A stretch of 49,173 bases of DNA. It comes from Octopus bimaculoides. Its lineage: Eukaryota. A model generated the notes under the pieces. That model searched no databases. It saw only the letters and a list, made by a program, of their open reading frames with translations, and was not told the DNA's origin. A program made the position numbers and the translations under genes. Below, one piece after another: positions 1 through 11,630 of this stretch (positions within the stretch are counted from its first letter, which is position 1; the number at the start of each line of letters is the position of its first letter). Location of the stretch: assembly GCF_001194135.2 (NCBI RefSeq), contig NC_068987.1, forward strand, positions 74,349,522-74,398,694. The letters run 5' to 3'.

Positions 1-419
1 GAATCATTTCCAGTCAATAACAGCAGAAAAGAACCCAAGGATGGACATCCTGAGAAGGGAAGGCAAAGTGTAATGGTTAGTGAATGACCTAAGAGATTGG
101 CGACAACAGGAGTGATGAGAAGTGAAAAGGATGGGTCAAGAATGCCCAAGGGGAGATGACATTGGTCCAACCATCTCTGAGAAGAGTCTATTATAGTAGT
201 GGTAGAAAAGCAGAGAAAGGAAGCATCACACTTGTGGGACAGAGACAGGAGCATGTGTATAAATGACTTTATGCCAACACTGCTACTACATACACAAACC
301 TTAACAATGGAGTGATTGTGCCAACTGACATTCCCCAACACACTATAGCCATTAGCACATCAACATACAGTATTGTCTATGTTTCTACATTGAGTCCTCT
401 TAATTAACAAGTCGCCTGT

Positions 420-690
420 CATCTTATTTACTTACACTTCTCTTACTCTCTGATTAATCCTCCAATCCTATACTAAACACTCCACCAAATCCTTCCCAAA
501 GCTTAATTTCTCTGCCCCTCTTCCTACCCCAAACACATTTTCCCAACAGACATTCAACCTGCCTAAATTCAAGCTGAATGTCAACAAAATTGATGCCACC
601 AGTCTTGAAAGATTTTGTGAAATTCATGGGCACTGTCCCTCGTCCAATTATTAGATGGTTGTAATAATTTCTTTTATTTAAGATCAAAGA
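420..690 (+). mobile_element. Degraded 3' end of a CR1/L2-group LINE
   Basis: Across frameshifts it reads ...FPTDI/NLPKFKLNVNKID, resembling the C-terminus of CR1-type ORF2, followed by an AT-rich tail. Heavily decayed. Confidence 0.4.
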
Positions 691-1619
691 AAGTTTATAA
701 AGTTCATTAACTCTATTATGGTATACATTATATTACAAATAATAATTTTATCAACATTAGAAATTGTCAAATTTAGCAAAATCTTCATTCTAGAAAAGTC
801 ATCAGTCNNNNNNNNNNNNNNNNNNNNNNNNNNNNNNNNNNNNNNNNNNNNNNNNNNNNNNNNNNNNNNNNNNNNNNNNNNNNNNNNNNNNNNNNNNNNN
901 NNNNNNNNNNNNNNNNNNNNNNNNNNNNNNNNNNNNNNNNNNNNNNNNNNNNNNNNNNNNNNNNNNNNNNNNNNNNNNNNNNNNNNNNNNNNNNNNNNNN
1001 NNNNNNNNNNNNNNNNNNNNNNNNNNNNNNNNNNNNNNNNNNNNNNNNNNNNNNNNNNNNNNNNNNNNNNNNNNNNNNNNNNNNNNNNNNNNNNNNNNNN
1101 NNNNNNNNNNNNNNNNNNNNNNNNNNNNNNNNNNNNNNNNNNNNNNNNNNNNNNNNNNNNNNNNNNNNNNNNNNNNNNNNNNNNNNNNNNNNNNNNNNNN
1201 NNNNNNNNNNNNNNNNNNNNNNNNNNNNNNNNNNNNNNNNNNNNNNNNNNNNNNNNNNNNNNNNNNNNNNNNNNNNNNNNNNNNNNNNNNNNNNNNNNNN
1301 NNNNNNNNNNNNNNNNNNNNNNNNNNNNNNNNNNNNNNNNNNNNNNNNNNNNNNNNNNNNNNNNNNNNNNNNNNNNNNNNNNNNNNNNNNNNNNNNNNNN
1401 NNNNNNNNNNNNNNNNNNNNNNNNNNNNNNNNNNNNNNNNNNNNNNNNNNNNNNNNNNNNNNNNNNNNNNNNNNNNNNNNNNNNNNNNNNNNNNNNNNNN
1501 NNNNNNNNNNNNNNNNNNGTGTGTGTGTGTGTGTGTGTGTGTGTGCATGTATATGTTTCTGTATTTGTTGATATCAATATGTGAGCAAAAGTGTATACAT
1601 ACATTCATACATACATGTA

Positions 1620-1821
1620 CAATGGGGTGCTGGAAAAGTTCCTGCCTTTAAAGGTTATTGTGAAAGGCCTGGTTGGAGGCCCAACCTTCCAAGTTCTTTT
1701 ACAGGGCTTAGAAAAACTGAATGCCTGCTGCAATACGGGTGTGAATCTGAGAGAGAAATATGTTAAACAAAATCCTGTATTTTGTTTTACCCAAAGCCAG
1801 GAACTTTTCAGCACCGCCTTG
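1620..1821 (+). mobile_element. Mariner-derived MITE (internally deleted)
   Basis: Imperfect TIRs (ggggtgctggaaaagttcctgcc / ccaaagccaggaacttttcagcaccgcc) flanked by TA at 1618-19 and 1822-23. The interior encodes LEKLNACCNTGVNLREKYVK, like the C-terminal helix of mariner transposase. Confidence 0.75.
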
Positions 1822-2227
1822 TATGAATGTCATTATAATGCATGTATCTACAACTGATAATGTAAAACAATGTAAAAAAAAAGTCAAAATCAACACTTTA
1901 TTTTGATGATTTACAATGTACTCTCCATCTATTGCTATTTCGTCAGTATTAACTTTAAGTTTTGGCTTAACCTCAACAGACTGAAATGAAGGTTAAATAG
2001 AAGTCATTGCTCATACTTCAATACAGTTGGATGAATCAAGTGTGATAGGCATCCAAATATTATATATAAAACAAACAAATAAACACACAAAATAAAAAAA
2101 AAACAATCATATGCTTCAATTTAACATAAACAGACATTTGATGAAAACTAATCCATTTATGTTATAATGAATATATCACTATCATTGATTTTCTGACTTC
2201 TACACAGTCTGATTGTGTTTGTAATAC

Positions 2228-2481
2228 TCTTATACTTGTTTCAGTCATTTAACTGTGGCCATGCTGGAGCACCGCCTTTAGTCGAGTAAATCGACCCCAG
2301 GACTTATTCTTTGAATGCCTAGTACTTATTCTATCGGTCTCTTTTTGCCAAACCGCTAAGTTACGGGGACGTAAACACACCACCATCGGTTGTCAAGCGA
2401 TGTTGGGGGGACAAATACAGACACATACACAGACATACACATATATATACATATATACGACAGGCTTCTTTCAGTTTCCCT
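2228..2481 (-). mobile_element. tRNA-derived SINE family A (CORE-like), 3' part; head lost in gap
   Basis: Matches the copies at 18080-18480 and 28530-29068 (…gtcgatttactcgactaaaggcggtgctccagcatggccacagttaaatgactgaaacaagt on the minus strand). Confidence 0.85.
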
Positions 2482-3240
2482 NNNNNNNNNNNNNNNNNNN
2501 NNNNNNNNNNNNNNNNNNNNNNNNNNNNNNNNNNNNNNNNNNNNNNNNNNNNNNNNNNNNNNNNNNNNNNNNNNNNNNNNNNNNNNNNNNNNNNNNNNNN
2601 NNNNNNNNNNNNNNNNNNNNNNNNNNNNNNNNNNNNNNNNNNNNNNNNNNNNNNNNNNNNNNNNNNNNNNNNNNNNNNNNNNNNNNNNNNNNNNNNNNNN
2701 NNNNNNNNNNNNNNNNNNNNNNNNNNNNNNNNNNNNNNNNNNNNNNNNNNNNNNNNNNNNNNNNNNNNNNNNNNNNNNNNNNNNNNNNNNNNNNNNNNNN
2801 NNNNNNNNNNNNNNNNNNNNNNNNNNNNNNNNNNNNNNNNNNNNNNNNNNNNNNNNNNNNNNNNNNNNNNNNNNNNNNNNNNNNNNNNNNNNNNNNNNNN
2901 NNNNNNNNNNNNNNNNNNNNNNNNNNNNNNNNNNNNNNNGTATTTTACTCAAAGAGCAACATAAAATACCTGTTGTTTATTATTGTTAGATAATAAACGG
3001 ATTACAACTGAACACTTAACCATGACATGGCAGTGTCTCTAACTTCAGGACAGATACTTCAGAGTAATAATAGTATATGAAATAAAAAATGGTGATTGAA
3101 GAATGAGGATAGGCTGAAATATGTAATATCGAAAGAAAAATGTAGAAAGTGACAAAACAGAAACAACAACAACAACAACAACACACACACACACACAGAG
3201 TTACATTACATGTGTTTGTATATTTAAAAACGTTGAGCAT

Positions 3241-5050
3241 TTATAACGAACGAAGTTCCGTAGCTCTTGGCACTCGAATGAACGTACGTACGTTCAGGCC
3301 AAGAGCAATGAACGAAGTTCCGTAGTTCTTGGCACTCGAACGAACATACGTCCGTTCAGGCCAAGAGCAATGAACGAAGTTCCGTAGCTCTTGGCTCGAA
3401 CGAATGTACGTACGTTCGGGGCAAGTGCAACGAAGTTCCGTAGCTCTAGGCTCGAACGAACGTACGTCCGTTCGGGCCAAGAGCAACGAACGAAGTTTTC
3501 TAGCTCTAGGATCGAAAGAACGTACGTAATTTCGGGCCAAGAGCAACGAACGAAATTCCGTAGCTCTAGGCTCGAACGAACGTACGTGCGTTCGGTCCAA
3601 GAGCAACGAACGAAGTTCCGTAGCACTTGGTTCGAACGAATGTACGTTCGTTCGGTCCAAGAGCCACGAACGAAGTTCCGTACCTCTAGGCTCGAACGAA
3701 CGAACGTACGTACGTTCGGGCCAAGAGCAACGAACGACGTTCCGTAGCTCTAGACTCGAACGAAAGGACGTCCGTTCTGGCCAAGTGCAACGAACGAAGA
3801 TCCGTTGTTCTAGGCTAAAACCATGTACGTGCGTTCGGGCAAAGAGCAACGAACGAAATTCTGTAGCTCTAGGCCCGAACGAACGAACGTACGTACCTTC
3901 GGGCCAAGAGCAACGAATGAAGTTCCGTAGCTCTAGGCTCGAACGGACGTAGGTGCGTTCGGCCACGAGCAACGAACGAAGTTTTCTAGCTCTAGGATCG
4001 AAAGAACGTACGTNNNNNNNNNNCGTACGTACGTTCGGGCCAAGAGCAACGAACGACGTTCCGTAGCTCTAGACTCGAACGAAAGGACGTCCGTTCTGGC
4101 CAAGTGCAACGAACGAAGATCCGTTGTTCTAGGCTAAAACCATGTACGTGCGTTCGGGCAAAGAGCAACGAACGAAATTCTGTAGCTCTAGGCCCGAACG
4201 AACGAACGTACGTACCTTCGGGCCAAGAGCAACGAATGAAGTTCCGTAGCTCTAGGCTCGAACGGACGTAGGTGCGTTCGGCCACGAGCAACGAACGAAG
4301 TTTTCTAGCTCTAGGATCGAAAGAACGTACGTAATTTCGTGCTAAGAGCAACAAACGAATTTCCATAGCTCTAGGCTCGAACGTACGTACGTGCGTTCGG
4401 GCCAAGAGCAACGAACGAATTTCCGTAGCTCTTGGCTCGAACGAATGTACGAACTTTCGGGCCAAGAGCAACGAACGAAGTTCCGTAGCTCTAGGCTCGA
4501 AGTAACGTACGTACGTTCGAGCCAAGGGCAACGAACGAAGTTCCGTAGCTCTTGGCTCGAACGAACTTACGTACGTTCGGGCCAAGAGTAACGAATGAAG
4601 TACCGTACATCTAGGCTCGAAGGAACGTACGTCCGTTCGGGCCAAGAGCAACGAACCAAGTTCCGTAGCTCTAGGATCGAACGGACGTACGTGCGTTCTA
4701 GCCACGACCAACGAACGAAGTGCCGTAGCTCTAGGCTCGAACGAACGTACGTACGTTCGGGCCAACAGCAACGAACGAGGTTCCGTAGCTCTAGGCACGA
4801 AGGAACGTACGTACGTTCGGGCCAAGGGCAACGAACGAAGTTCCGTAGCTCTTGGCTAGAACGAACATACGTATGTTCGGGCCAAGAGCACCGACCGAAG
4901 TTCCGTAGCTCTAGGCTTGAACGAACGTACCTGCGTTCTGGCCAAGAGCAACGAACGAAGTTCCGTAGCTCTAGGATCGAAGGGACGTACGCGCGTTCGG
5001 GCCAAGAGCAACGAACGAAGTTCCGTAGCTCCAGACTCGAACGAATGTAC
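3241..5050. repeat. Tandem satellite, ~60-bp unit, roughly 30 copies
   Basis: Consensus read directly: aacgaacgaagttccgtagctctaggctcgaacgaacgtacgtacgttcgggccaagagc. Confidence 0.95.
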
Positions 5051-5114
5051 GTAGCATTTTAGATCGAACGGATGGACGTACGTTCAAGCAAACGCTACGA
5101 ACGGTCGTCCGTTA

Positions 5115-5780
5115 GCATTTTAGAAATAACAAACGAAATAACAATGAACAAACGAAATAACAAACGACTGCACGAACGAACGAACGAAATAACGAACGAA
5201 CGAAAGAAATAACGAACGAACGAAAGAAATAACGAACGAACGAACAAAATAACGAACGAACGAACGAAATAACGAACGAACAAACGAAATAACAAACGAA
5301 CGAACGAATTAACGAACGAACGAACGATCGAGCGAACGAAATAACGAACGAACGAAATAACGAACGAACNNNNNNNNNNGAACGAACGATCGAGCGAACG
5401 AAATAACGAACGAACGAACAAAATAACGGACGAACGAACGAAAGAGCGAACGAGAGAAAGAAAGATCGAACGAAAGAACGAAGGAACGAATTAACGAAAG
5501 AACGAAATAACGGACGAACGAACGAAATAACGGACGAACGAACGAAATAGCGGATGAACGAACGAAATAACAAACGAACCAAAGAATTGACGAACGAACG
5601 AACGAAATAACGAAAGAACAAACGAAATACCGAACGAACGAACGAATAAACGGACGAACGAACGAAATAACGAACGAACGAAATAATGAACGAATGAACA
5701 TAATAACGGACGAACGAACGAAAGAGCGAATGAGAGAGAGAAAGAACGATCGAAATAACGAAAGAACGAGCGAACGAATG
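5115..5780 (+). repeat. Degenerate (AACG)n / aacgaacgaacgaaat 16-mer array
   Basis: Read directly; contains a short N-gap at about 5371-5379. Confidence 0.95.
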
Positions 5781-5789
5781 AACATTTGT

Positions 5790-8215
5790 TCTTTATTTTG
5801 TACGTTCGTTCGTTGTTTCGTTCGTTATTTCATTCGTTCATTATTTCATTCGTTCGTTCGTTGTTTCGTTCGTTATTTCCTTCGGTCGTAATTTCCTTCC
5901 TTCGTTATTTCGATCGTTCGTTCGTTCGTTATTTCGTTCGTTCGTTCTTTCTTTCTTTTGTTATTTCGTTCGTTCGTTCTTTTGTTCGTTCGTTCGTTCT
6001 TATGTTAGTTCGTTCGTTCTTATGTTCGTTCGTTCGTTCATTATTTCGTTCGTTCGTTCATTATTTCGTTCGTTCGTTATTTCGGTCGTTCGTCCGTTAT
6101 TTCTTTCGTTTGTTATTTTGTTTGTTCGTTCGTTATTTCGTTCGTTCGTTCGTTATTTTGTTCGTTCGTTCGTTATTTTGTTCAGTTGTTCGTTATTTTT
6201 TGTTCGTTATTTCGTACGTTCGTTCGTTATTTCGTTTGTTATTTACTTCGTTCGTTGTTTCGTTCGTCCGTTATTTCTTTCGTTCTTTCTTTAATTATTT
6301 TATTCTATCATTATTTCATTCGTTCGTTCGTTATTTTTTTCGTTATTTCGTTCGTTCGTCCGTTATTTCGTTCGTTCTTTCGTTCGTTCGTTCGTTCTTT
6401 TGTTATTTCGTTTGTTCGTTCTCTCGTTCGTTATTTCGTTCGTTCGTTCATTATTTCATTCGTTCGTTCGTCCGTTATTTCGTTCGTTCTTTCGTTATTT
6501 CTTTCGTTCGTTCGTTCTCTCGTTCGTTATTTCGTTCGTTCGTTCATCAGTTCGTTCGTTCATCCGTTGGTTCGTCCATCCGTTCGTTCGTTAATTCGTT
6601 CGTTCGTTTGTTATTTTGTTTTTCGTTCTTTTGTTCATTCGTTCGTTATTTCGTTCGTTCTTTCGTTTGTTCGTCTGTTCATTATGTCGTTCGTTCGTTA
6701 TTTCGTTCGCTATTTCCTTCGTTCGTCCGATATTTTGGTCGTTCGTTCCTTCGTTATTTCGTTCGTTCGTTCTTTCTTTCTCTCGTTCGCTCTTTCGTTC
6801 GTTCGTCCGTTATTTTGTTCATTCGTTCGTTATTTCGTTCGTTCATTCTTTCGTTCATTATTTCGTTCGTTCGTCCGTTTTTTCGTTCATTCGTTCCTTA
6901 TTTCGTTCGTTCTTTCGTTCGTTCGTTCATTATTTCGTTCGTTCGTTATTTCGTTCGTTCCTCCGCTATTTCGTTCGTTCGTTCGTCCGTTATTTCGTTC
7001 CTTCGTTATTTCGTTCGTTAATTCGTTCGTTCGTTTGTTATTCCGTTTGTTCGTTCGTTATTTTGTTCGTTCGCTCGTTCGTTCTTTATTTCGTTCGTTC
7101 ATTCTTTCGTTCGTTCGTTCATTCGTACGTTCTTTCATTCATTCTTTCGTTATTTCTTTCATTCGTTTGTTCTTTCGTTCGTTATTTCGTTCGATCGTTC
7201 GTTCGTTTAGTATTTCGTTCGTTCGTTCGTTCGTTTAGTATTTCGTTCGTTCGTTCGTTATTTCGTTCGTTCGTTTGTTCGTTATTTCGTTCGTTCGTTC
7301 ATTCTTTCGTTCGTTGTTTCATTCGTTCATTATTTCATTCGTTCGTTCGTTATTTCGTTCGTTCTTTCGTTCATTCGTTCGTTATTTCGTTAGTTCGTTA
7401 TTTCGTTCGTTCCTTCTTTCGTTATTTCGTTCGTTCGTTATTTCGTTCTTTCTGTCGTTCGTTCGTTCTGTCGTTCGTTCGTTCATTATTTCGTTCGTTC
7501 GTTATTTCGTTCGTTCTTCCGTTATTTCTTTCGTTCGTTTGTTATTTCGTTCGTTCGTTCGTTAATTCGTTTGTTCGTTAATTCGTTCGTTCGTTTGTTA
7601 TTTCGTTTGTTCGTTCGTTCTTTCGTTATTTTGTTCTTTCGTTATTTCGTTCATTCTTTATTTCGTTCGTTTATTCGTTCGTTCTCTCGGTCGTTATTTC
7701 GTTTGTTCGTTCGTTCATTATTTCGTTCGTTCGTTCGTTATTTCGTTCGTTCGTCCTTTATTTCGTTCCTTCCTTCGTTATTTCGTTCGTTCGTTCGTTC
7801 GTTCGTTCTTTCGTTCATTCGTTCGTTATTTCGTTCGTTCTTTTGTTCGTTCGTTCGTTCATTATTTCGTTCGTTCGTTTGTTCGTTATTTCGTTCGTTC
7901 GTCCGTTCGTTCCTTCATTCGTTCGTTCGTCCGTTCGTTATTTCGTTCGTTCCTTCATTCGTTCGTTCGTTCGTTCGTTCGTTATTTCGTTCGTTCCTTA
8001 TTTCGTTCGTTCGTTTGTTATTTCGTCCGTTCGAATCGTTCGTTATTTTGTTCGTTCCTTATTTCGTTCGATCGTTCGTTATTTCGTTCGTTTAGTCGTA
8101 CGTTCTTTCATTCATTTTTTCGTTATTTCGTTCATTCGTTTGTTCTTTCATTCGTTATTTTGTTCGTTCGTTTTTTCGTTCGCTCGCCCGTCCGCGTGCT
8201 CGCTCGTTTGTTTAT
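5790..8215 (-). repeat. Same 16-mer array in inverted orientation (gttatttcgttcgttc)n
   Basis: Reverse complement of the 5115-5780 array; strand switch at gaaca-tt-tgttc (5780-5791). Confidence 0.95.
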
Positions 8216-8981
8216 TTGTTAACAATAGTATGTATACAATAATATGTGTGTATGTGTGAGTGAGAAATACAGAGCATGGAATAAGCTTGTCTAGTAACAG
8301 ACTATAAAAGTCCTGTACAACGATAGAGAAATACCAGTTCATAGAAGTGTTACATAGTAGGTTGAACGTCTGTACTCAAGAGGTTGTGGGCGAATAGCTG
8401 AGGTGAGGTATCACATTTTGTGTGTGATGTTGAGCGTCGACGCTGGGACCAGTTACTTGGTACAGAAGAACCTCGCAGGTTGGTTCTGGCTGTTATTTTT
8501 TAGGTGGAAACAATCCACGCAAACAATGTTGGGACGGAACAGCAGTTGCTGTTGGTGCGTGTACTCTAGTGGTAGTGTTGGCGACGGAACTGTAGTAGAT
8601 TGGTGGTGTTGACATCGTCACTGGAAACTGACTGGTTGGTGTGTGGTCAAACGACCAGACCTGTGAGAGGTCTGAAGGCAAGACAAAGTGGTGTAGATGA
8701 AGCAAGATTATTTATAGATAAAAGACAAGGGCTCCAGAAACAGCACAAAAACTCTCTCTCATGTGACCTTATTAGAAGGCCACGGTTGGTCGATATGCAC
8801 CCTGGCGCGAAACAGAACTGGTGACAAATGCCAAGCAAATAAGAGCCAATCAGGGTGATGGACACAACGGTCCAAGCGGCCGAAAGCTAGATGTTAGCCA
8901 CTACGTTATCTTTTGTAAATAAACACCCAAGAGAGAGGTTTCATTACATGTTCTTAACATGCGCATACATCTATGCTTACA

Positions 8982-8984
<3 letters not shown>

Positions 8985-9012
<28 letters not shown>

Positions 9013-9138
9013 GTTTAACGTCCACTTTCCATGCTAGCATTGGTTGGACGATTTGACTGAGGACTGGTGAAACCAGATGGCTACACCAGACTCCAATTTG
9101 ATTTGGCAGAGTTTCTACAGCTGGATGCCCTTCCTAAC
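8985..9138 (-). mobile_element. 3' end of RTE-type LINE/SINE with (GAT)n tail
   Basis: (cat)n run then cgtttaacgtccactttccatgctagc…gctggatgcccttcctaac; same family as 38020-38845 and 48953-49173. Confidence 0.85.
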
Positions 9139-9217
9139 ACACACACATACATATTGCTTTCATGTATTCTGTATACATGACGTACACACAGACACACATT
9201 ATCGTTGTTATTATTAA

Positions 9218-9424
9218 AGCAGCGAGATGACAGAATTGTTAGCGCGCTGGGCAAAATGCTTAGTAGGATTTCATGTCTTTACATTCTGAGTTCAAAATAC
9301 TTCGAGGTCGACTTTGCCTTTCATCCTTTTGGGGTCGATAAGTTAAGTACCAGTTGCGTACTGGGGTCGATGTAATCGACCGACTCCCTCCCCAAAATTT
9401 TGTTCCTTGAGTAGAAAAGTTATT
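9218..9424 (+). mobile_element. tRNA-derived SINE family B
   Basis: Head agcgagatgacagaattgttagc, B-box-like gagttcaaa, body gtcgactttgcctttcatccttttggggtcgata; a closer-to-consensus copy is at 24378-24583. Confidence 0.85.
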
Positions 9425-9699
9425 GGTCAAGACCATCCTGTTAGGAAGTGTAGAGGAGAAGAAAGAAAGAGGCTATCAAAGATGTTTGTAGACTGATGAC
9501 AAAAAGAAAAGGATTGTAAACAAGAGTTTGATTGTATACATGAAGCACAACACAGAAGAAACTGGAAAGTTTTGGCTAACTGACCCCTAGACACAGCGAG
9601 AGCACCTGGATTGTGACACAAACAACGTTTCTCATTCATCTAGTGATCATAATCATTTATTTTAATGGTTTGTAATGGAAGAAAGGGCTGTGCTTATAG

Positions 9700-9900
9700 T
9701 CTTTTTAGAGCTTGTGAGATTGACCTTGTTTGATGTTCCTCTTCAACAACTGCATGTTGATAATTGAAGTAACAAAGTATGCAGGAAGTTAATTCCAGGG
9801 AATAAATCTTCTGGGGAGAAAGGATTAGGAAAAAAACTGATAAGTTCAGAGCCTAGACACAATATATGTGACAAGAGGATGAAAGACAAGTGAGTTGATT
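9700..9900 (-). mobile_element. Degraded CR1-like LINE 3' fragment
   Basis: Minus strand reads …WN.LPAY…IINMQLLKRNIKQ with frameshifts; similar in style to the 420-690 fragment. Confidence 0.35.
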
Positions 9901-10012
9901 GTGCTTGGATGGATCTAGATATGGTACAAGACTAAACATTTCTGAGTAGCTAAAACCACAGTAATATCTGTAGAATGAAATGACAGAATGTTTGTGAACC
10001 ATAGATTGGAGT

Positions 10013-10250
10013 CATCATCATCATCACCATCATTTAACGTCTGTTTTCCATGCTGGCAAGCCAGGGGGTTGCACAAGACATTACAGTCTGTTCTGGCATG
10101 GTTTTTACAGCTGGATGCCTTTCCTAACACCAACCACCTTACAGAATGGACTGGATGCTTTTTACATGGCACCAGCACTGGTGAGGTCTGTTTTGACATG
10201 GTTTTTATAGCTGGATGCCCTTCCTAATGCCAACCACTTTACAGAATGAC
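10013..10250 (-). mobile_element. RTE-type 3' end, older copy with an internal duplication
   Basis: (cat)n tail then tttaacgtctgttttccatgctggc; the block gctggatgcc.ttcctaa..ccaaccac.ttacagaatg occurs twice. Confidence 0.75.
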
Positions 10251-10465
10251 CTGGGTTCTGAGTGTGTTATGGAAATCAGTTAAGCAGCCTATTTTGGCAG
10301 ATACAGTTTGGGATTTATGTATATGGATGTCATATTATTTCATAGAGAGAAAGTCATAAGTTTAAATTTCACTAGGTATCATTCTGCTTGCTTCATGCTT
10401 TCTAGTTGATAATATGCTACACTCATATTTCTTTAGTTGGCTGAATGGTTAGTAGTAGCAAGAGT

Positions 10466-10859
10466 TTTTTTAGTTGTTGTTAGCACTCCATCGCTTATGA
10501 CGTCGAGGGTTCCAGTTGATCCGATCAACGGAACAGCCTGCTCGTGAAATTAACGTGCAAGTGGCTGAGCACTCCACAGACATATGTACCCTTAACGTAG
10601 TTCTCGGGGATATTCAGCATGACACAGTGTGACAAGGCTGACCCTTTGAATTACAGGCACAACAGAAACAGGAAGTAAGAGTGAGAGAAAGTTGTGGTGA
10701 AAGAGTACAGTAGGGTTCGCCACCATCCCCTGCCAGAGCCTCGTGGAGCTTTAGGTGTTTTCGCTCAATAAACACTCACAACGCCCGGTCTGGGAATCGA
10801 AACCACGATCCTATGACCGCGAGTCCGCTGCCCTAACCACTGGGCCATTACGCCTCCAC
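10466..10859 (-). mobile_element. Full-length young tRNA-derived SINE (family D, resembles octopus OR-type SINEs) with 12-bp TSD
   Basis: Minus-strand head gtggaggcgtaatggcccagtggttaggg (A box) … ggtttcgattccc (B box); tail ctaacaacaactaaaaaa; direct repeat agtagcaagagt at 10454-10465 and 10860-10871. Confidence 0.92.
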
Positions 10860-11630
10860 AGTAGCAAGAGTATCCAGTTGTAAAACTAATTGCTCCCACA
10901 GTAATTATATACTTAAATTTGTATCCCCCAAAATGTATTTCTTCCCCTAAGCTTCAATGCAAAATTGAATGTTGAACAGTAGCAAAAATAAGTTGAGTTG
11001 GTTGCTGTTAATGTATCAAATAGAATGCCAAGTACGTTGTGTCATTCATTCTGGCCCTCTGTACTCATAGTTCAAATCCTAGTGAGATCATCGTTGCTTT
11101 TAATCTTGGTGCAAGACAGTGGGGGAGGGGGGGTAATGAAATACTAGTCCAGGGTGGTACATTGGTAGAATTGTTTGAGCACTGAAAGAGATTTGTTGCA
11201 ATATCTGTTCTGATTCTTTGTTCTGAGTTCAAATTACAGCAAGGAGGCAAGTGATCAGAGCTAACCACCTAAACATAACATCACTTTGTTAACCCTATAA
11301 CCAAAATAGATATGCTGGTAACAGTATGCAGAGGCTTCATTTAACAATGGGGAAATAGAAATATAATATCTAGCAGCTTTTTGTAGGATTTTGATACAAA
11401 AATGATTGTCCAGTCAATAAAGTATTCTACTGAATAAGGTGCTGTTTATATCCCCTATTAGCACTACATTGAAATCCTAACTGAATAACTAAGTACCTGA
11501 AGATATGTACAGTAATTGCTGTAAGCACTGTCTAAGACACAAGTATCTTATAAGCTATTAATAGGGAGTTCAACTCCTATAAATTTTTTATTTGTTAATC
11601 TGAAAAAGTTTTTATTCAAAATATGAACAG

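Noticed and set aside
684-2993. Long ORFs filled with X (also around 15-17 kb, 25.8-26.2 kb, 28.7-29.2 kb, 30-31.1 kb and 35.3-35.6 kb)
   Set aside because: They run through N-gaps and flanking microsatellites, so there is no coding evidence.
3016-3112. Possible minus-strand exon (good acceptor; AYPHSSITIFYFIYYYYSEVSVLKLETLPCHG)
   Set aside because: The donor would be GTTAAG (non-consensus) and I do not recognise the peptide.
3241-5062. ORFs of 110-279 aa across the 60-bp repeat, and a CRISPR-like look
   Set aside because: Translations just repeat the satellite unit. The linkers are near-identical rather than unique spacers, there are no cas genes, and the context is eukaryotic.
5330-5420. 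Direct repeat either side of the short N-gap
   Set aside because: Most likely an unmerged contig overlap within a simple repeat.
5095-8259. RSFV-rich ORFs up to 411 aa
   Set aside because: A stop-poor simple repeat open in several frames; low-complexity artefact.
8850-8895. ggtc-caagc-ggcc-GAAA resembling hammerhead stem II
   Set aside because: No CTGANGA box upstream of the stem.
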